From positions 1 to 54,792 of the IMG/VR virus record IMGVR_UViG_3300044785_000009: a stretch of DNA of 54,792 nucleotides. One strand, given 5' to 3'. The position numbers and the translations under genes are program-made. The stretch comes from a virus. Taxonomy: Duplodnaviria; Caudoviricetes. The notes below the pieces were generated by a model that saw only the letters and a list, made by a program, of their open reading frames with translations, made no database searches and was not told the origin of the DNA. Of the stretch, positions 54,457 to 54,792 are shown one piece after another. The stretch's first letter is position 1. Every line of letters starts with the position of its first letter.

Positions 54457-54792
54457 ATGACGAATCAGTATACCGCGGTTACGCGGATCGAGATTGGTAC
54501 GGGCAATGGCGAACGCCGGATCATCGAGCCTGGCGAGGTAGTCGACGGTCTGACCAAGGATCAGATGGTCGAGCTCTGGAACGCCGGAGTCCTAACCGAG
54601 AAGGACGATGCGGCCGACAAGAAGGCCGACGAGCGCGACGACAAGATCGCGGCGCTAGAGCAGGAGCTCGCGACGATGCGGGCGGAGAAGGCTGCGGCTG
54701 CCGTTCCTCAGGGCGACGCTCCAGACGCTACGCCCGAAGAGATCAAGGCTTCTTCGGACGCTAAGGCTGCTGCTGACAAGGCTGCTGCTACT
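54457..54792 (+). CDS. 5' part of the gene wrapping the join (continues to 247)
   Basis: AGGAGGT RBS, ATG at 54457, frame open to the window end. Confidence 0.8.
   Translation, partial: MTNQYTAVTRIEIGTGNGERRIIEPGEVVDGLTKDQMVELWNAGVLTEKDDAADKKADERDDKIAALEQELATMRAEKAAAAVPQGDAPDATPEEIKASSDAKAAADKAAAT

Noticed and set aside
54642-54792. Biological direct terminal repeat
   Set aside because: It falls mid-gene at a tandem repeat, which fits an assembly overlap of a circular or permuted genome better.
1-54792. Lysogeny module (integrase, repressor, parA)
   Set aside because: No tyrosine/serine recombinase or CI-like motif recognised. Absence judged by eye is not proof of a strictly lytic lifestyle.

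Overview
The window is an apparently complete, circularly permuted genome of a tailed dsDNA phage (siphovirus-type, about 54.6 kb). Positions 54642-54792 repeat the start, and one gene runs across the join. The host is probably an actinomycete (DUF397 gene, GGAGG ribosome-binding sites, GGGAAAA tail-chaperone frameshift). No integrase or repressor is recognisable. The + strand (40308 through the join to 12465) carries packaging, Mu-like head, tail and lysis genes. The - strand (about 39900 down to 12520) carries early genes, recombination/replication genes and a 7-deazaguanine (preQ0) pathway: folE, queD, queE, queC, a divergent TGT/DpdA-like enzyme and a small all-alpha NTP-pyrophosphatase-like protein. 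The TGT-like gene overlaps a family A DNA polymerase fused to a family-4 uracil-DNA-glycosylase domain. The most unusual structures, read directly from the sequence, are: (1) three consecutive small early genes, each enclosed in its own 30-31 bp inverted repeat with the same symmetric central mismatch signature; (2) five tRNA-like elements with intact acceptor and T arms but rebuilt D/anticodon arms; (3) an SNF2-type helicase split by 5 extra nt inside Walker A; (4) dispersed regulatory repeats (a ~85 bp palindromic element x4, CCCTGTGGG x12, an 8-member promoter family). All protein calls come from motif recognition by eye, not database searches.
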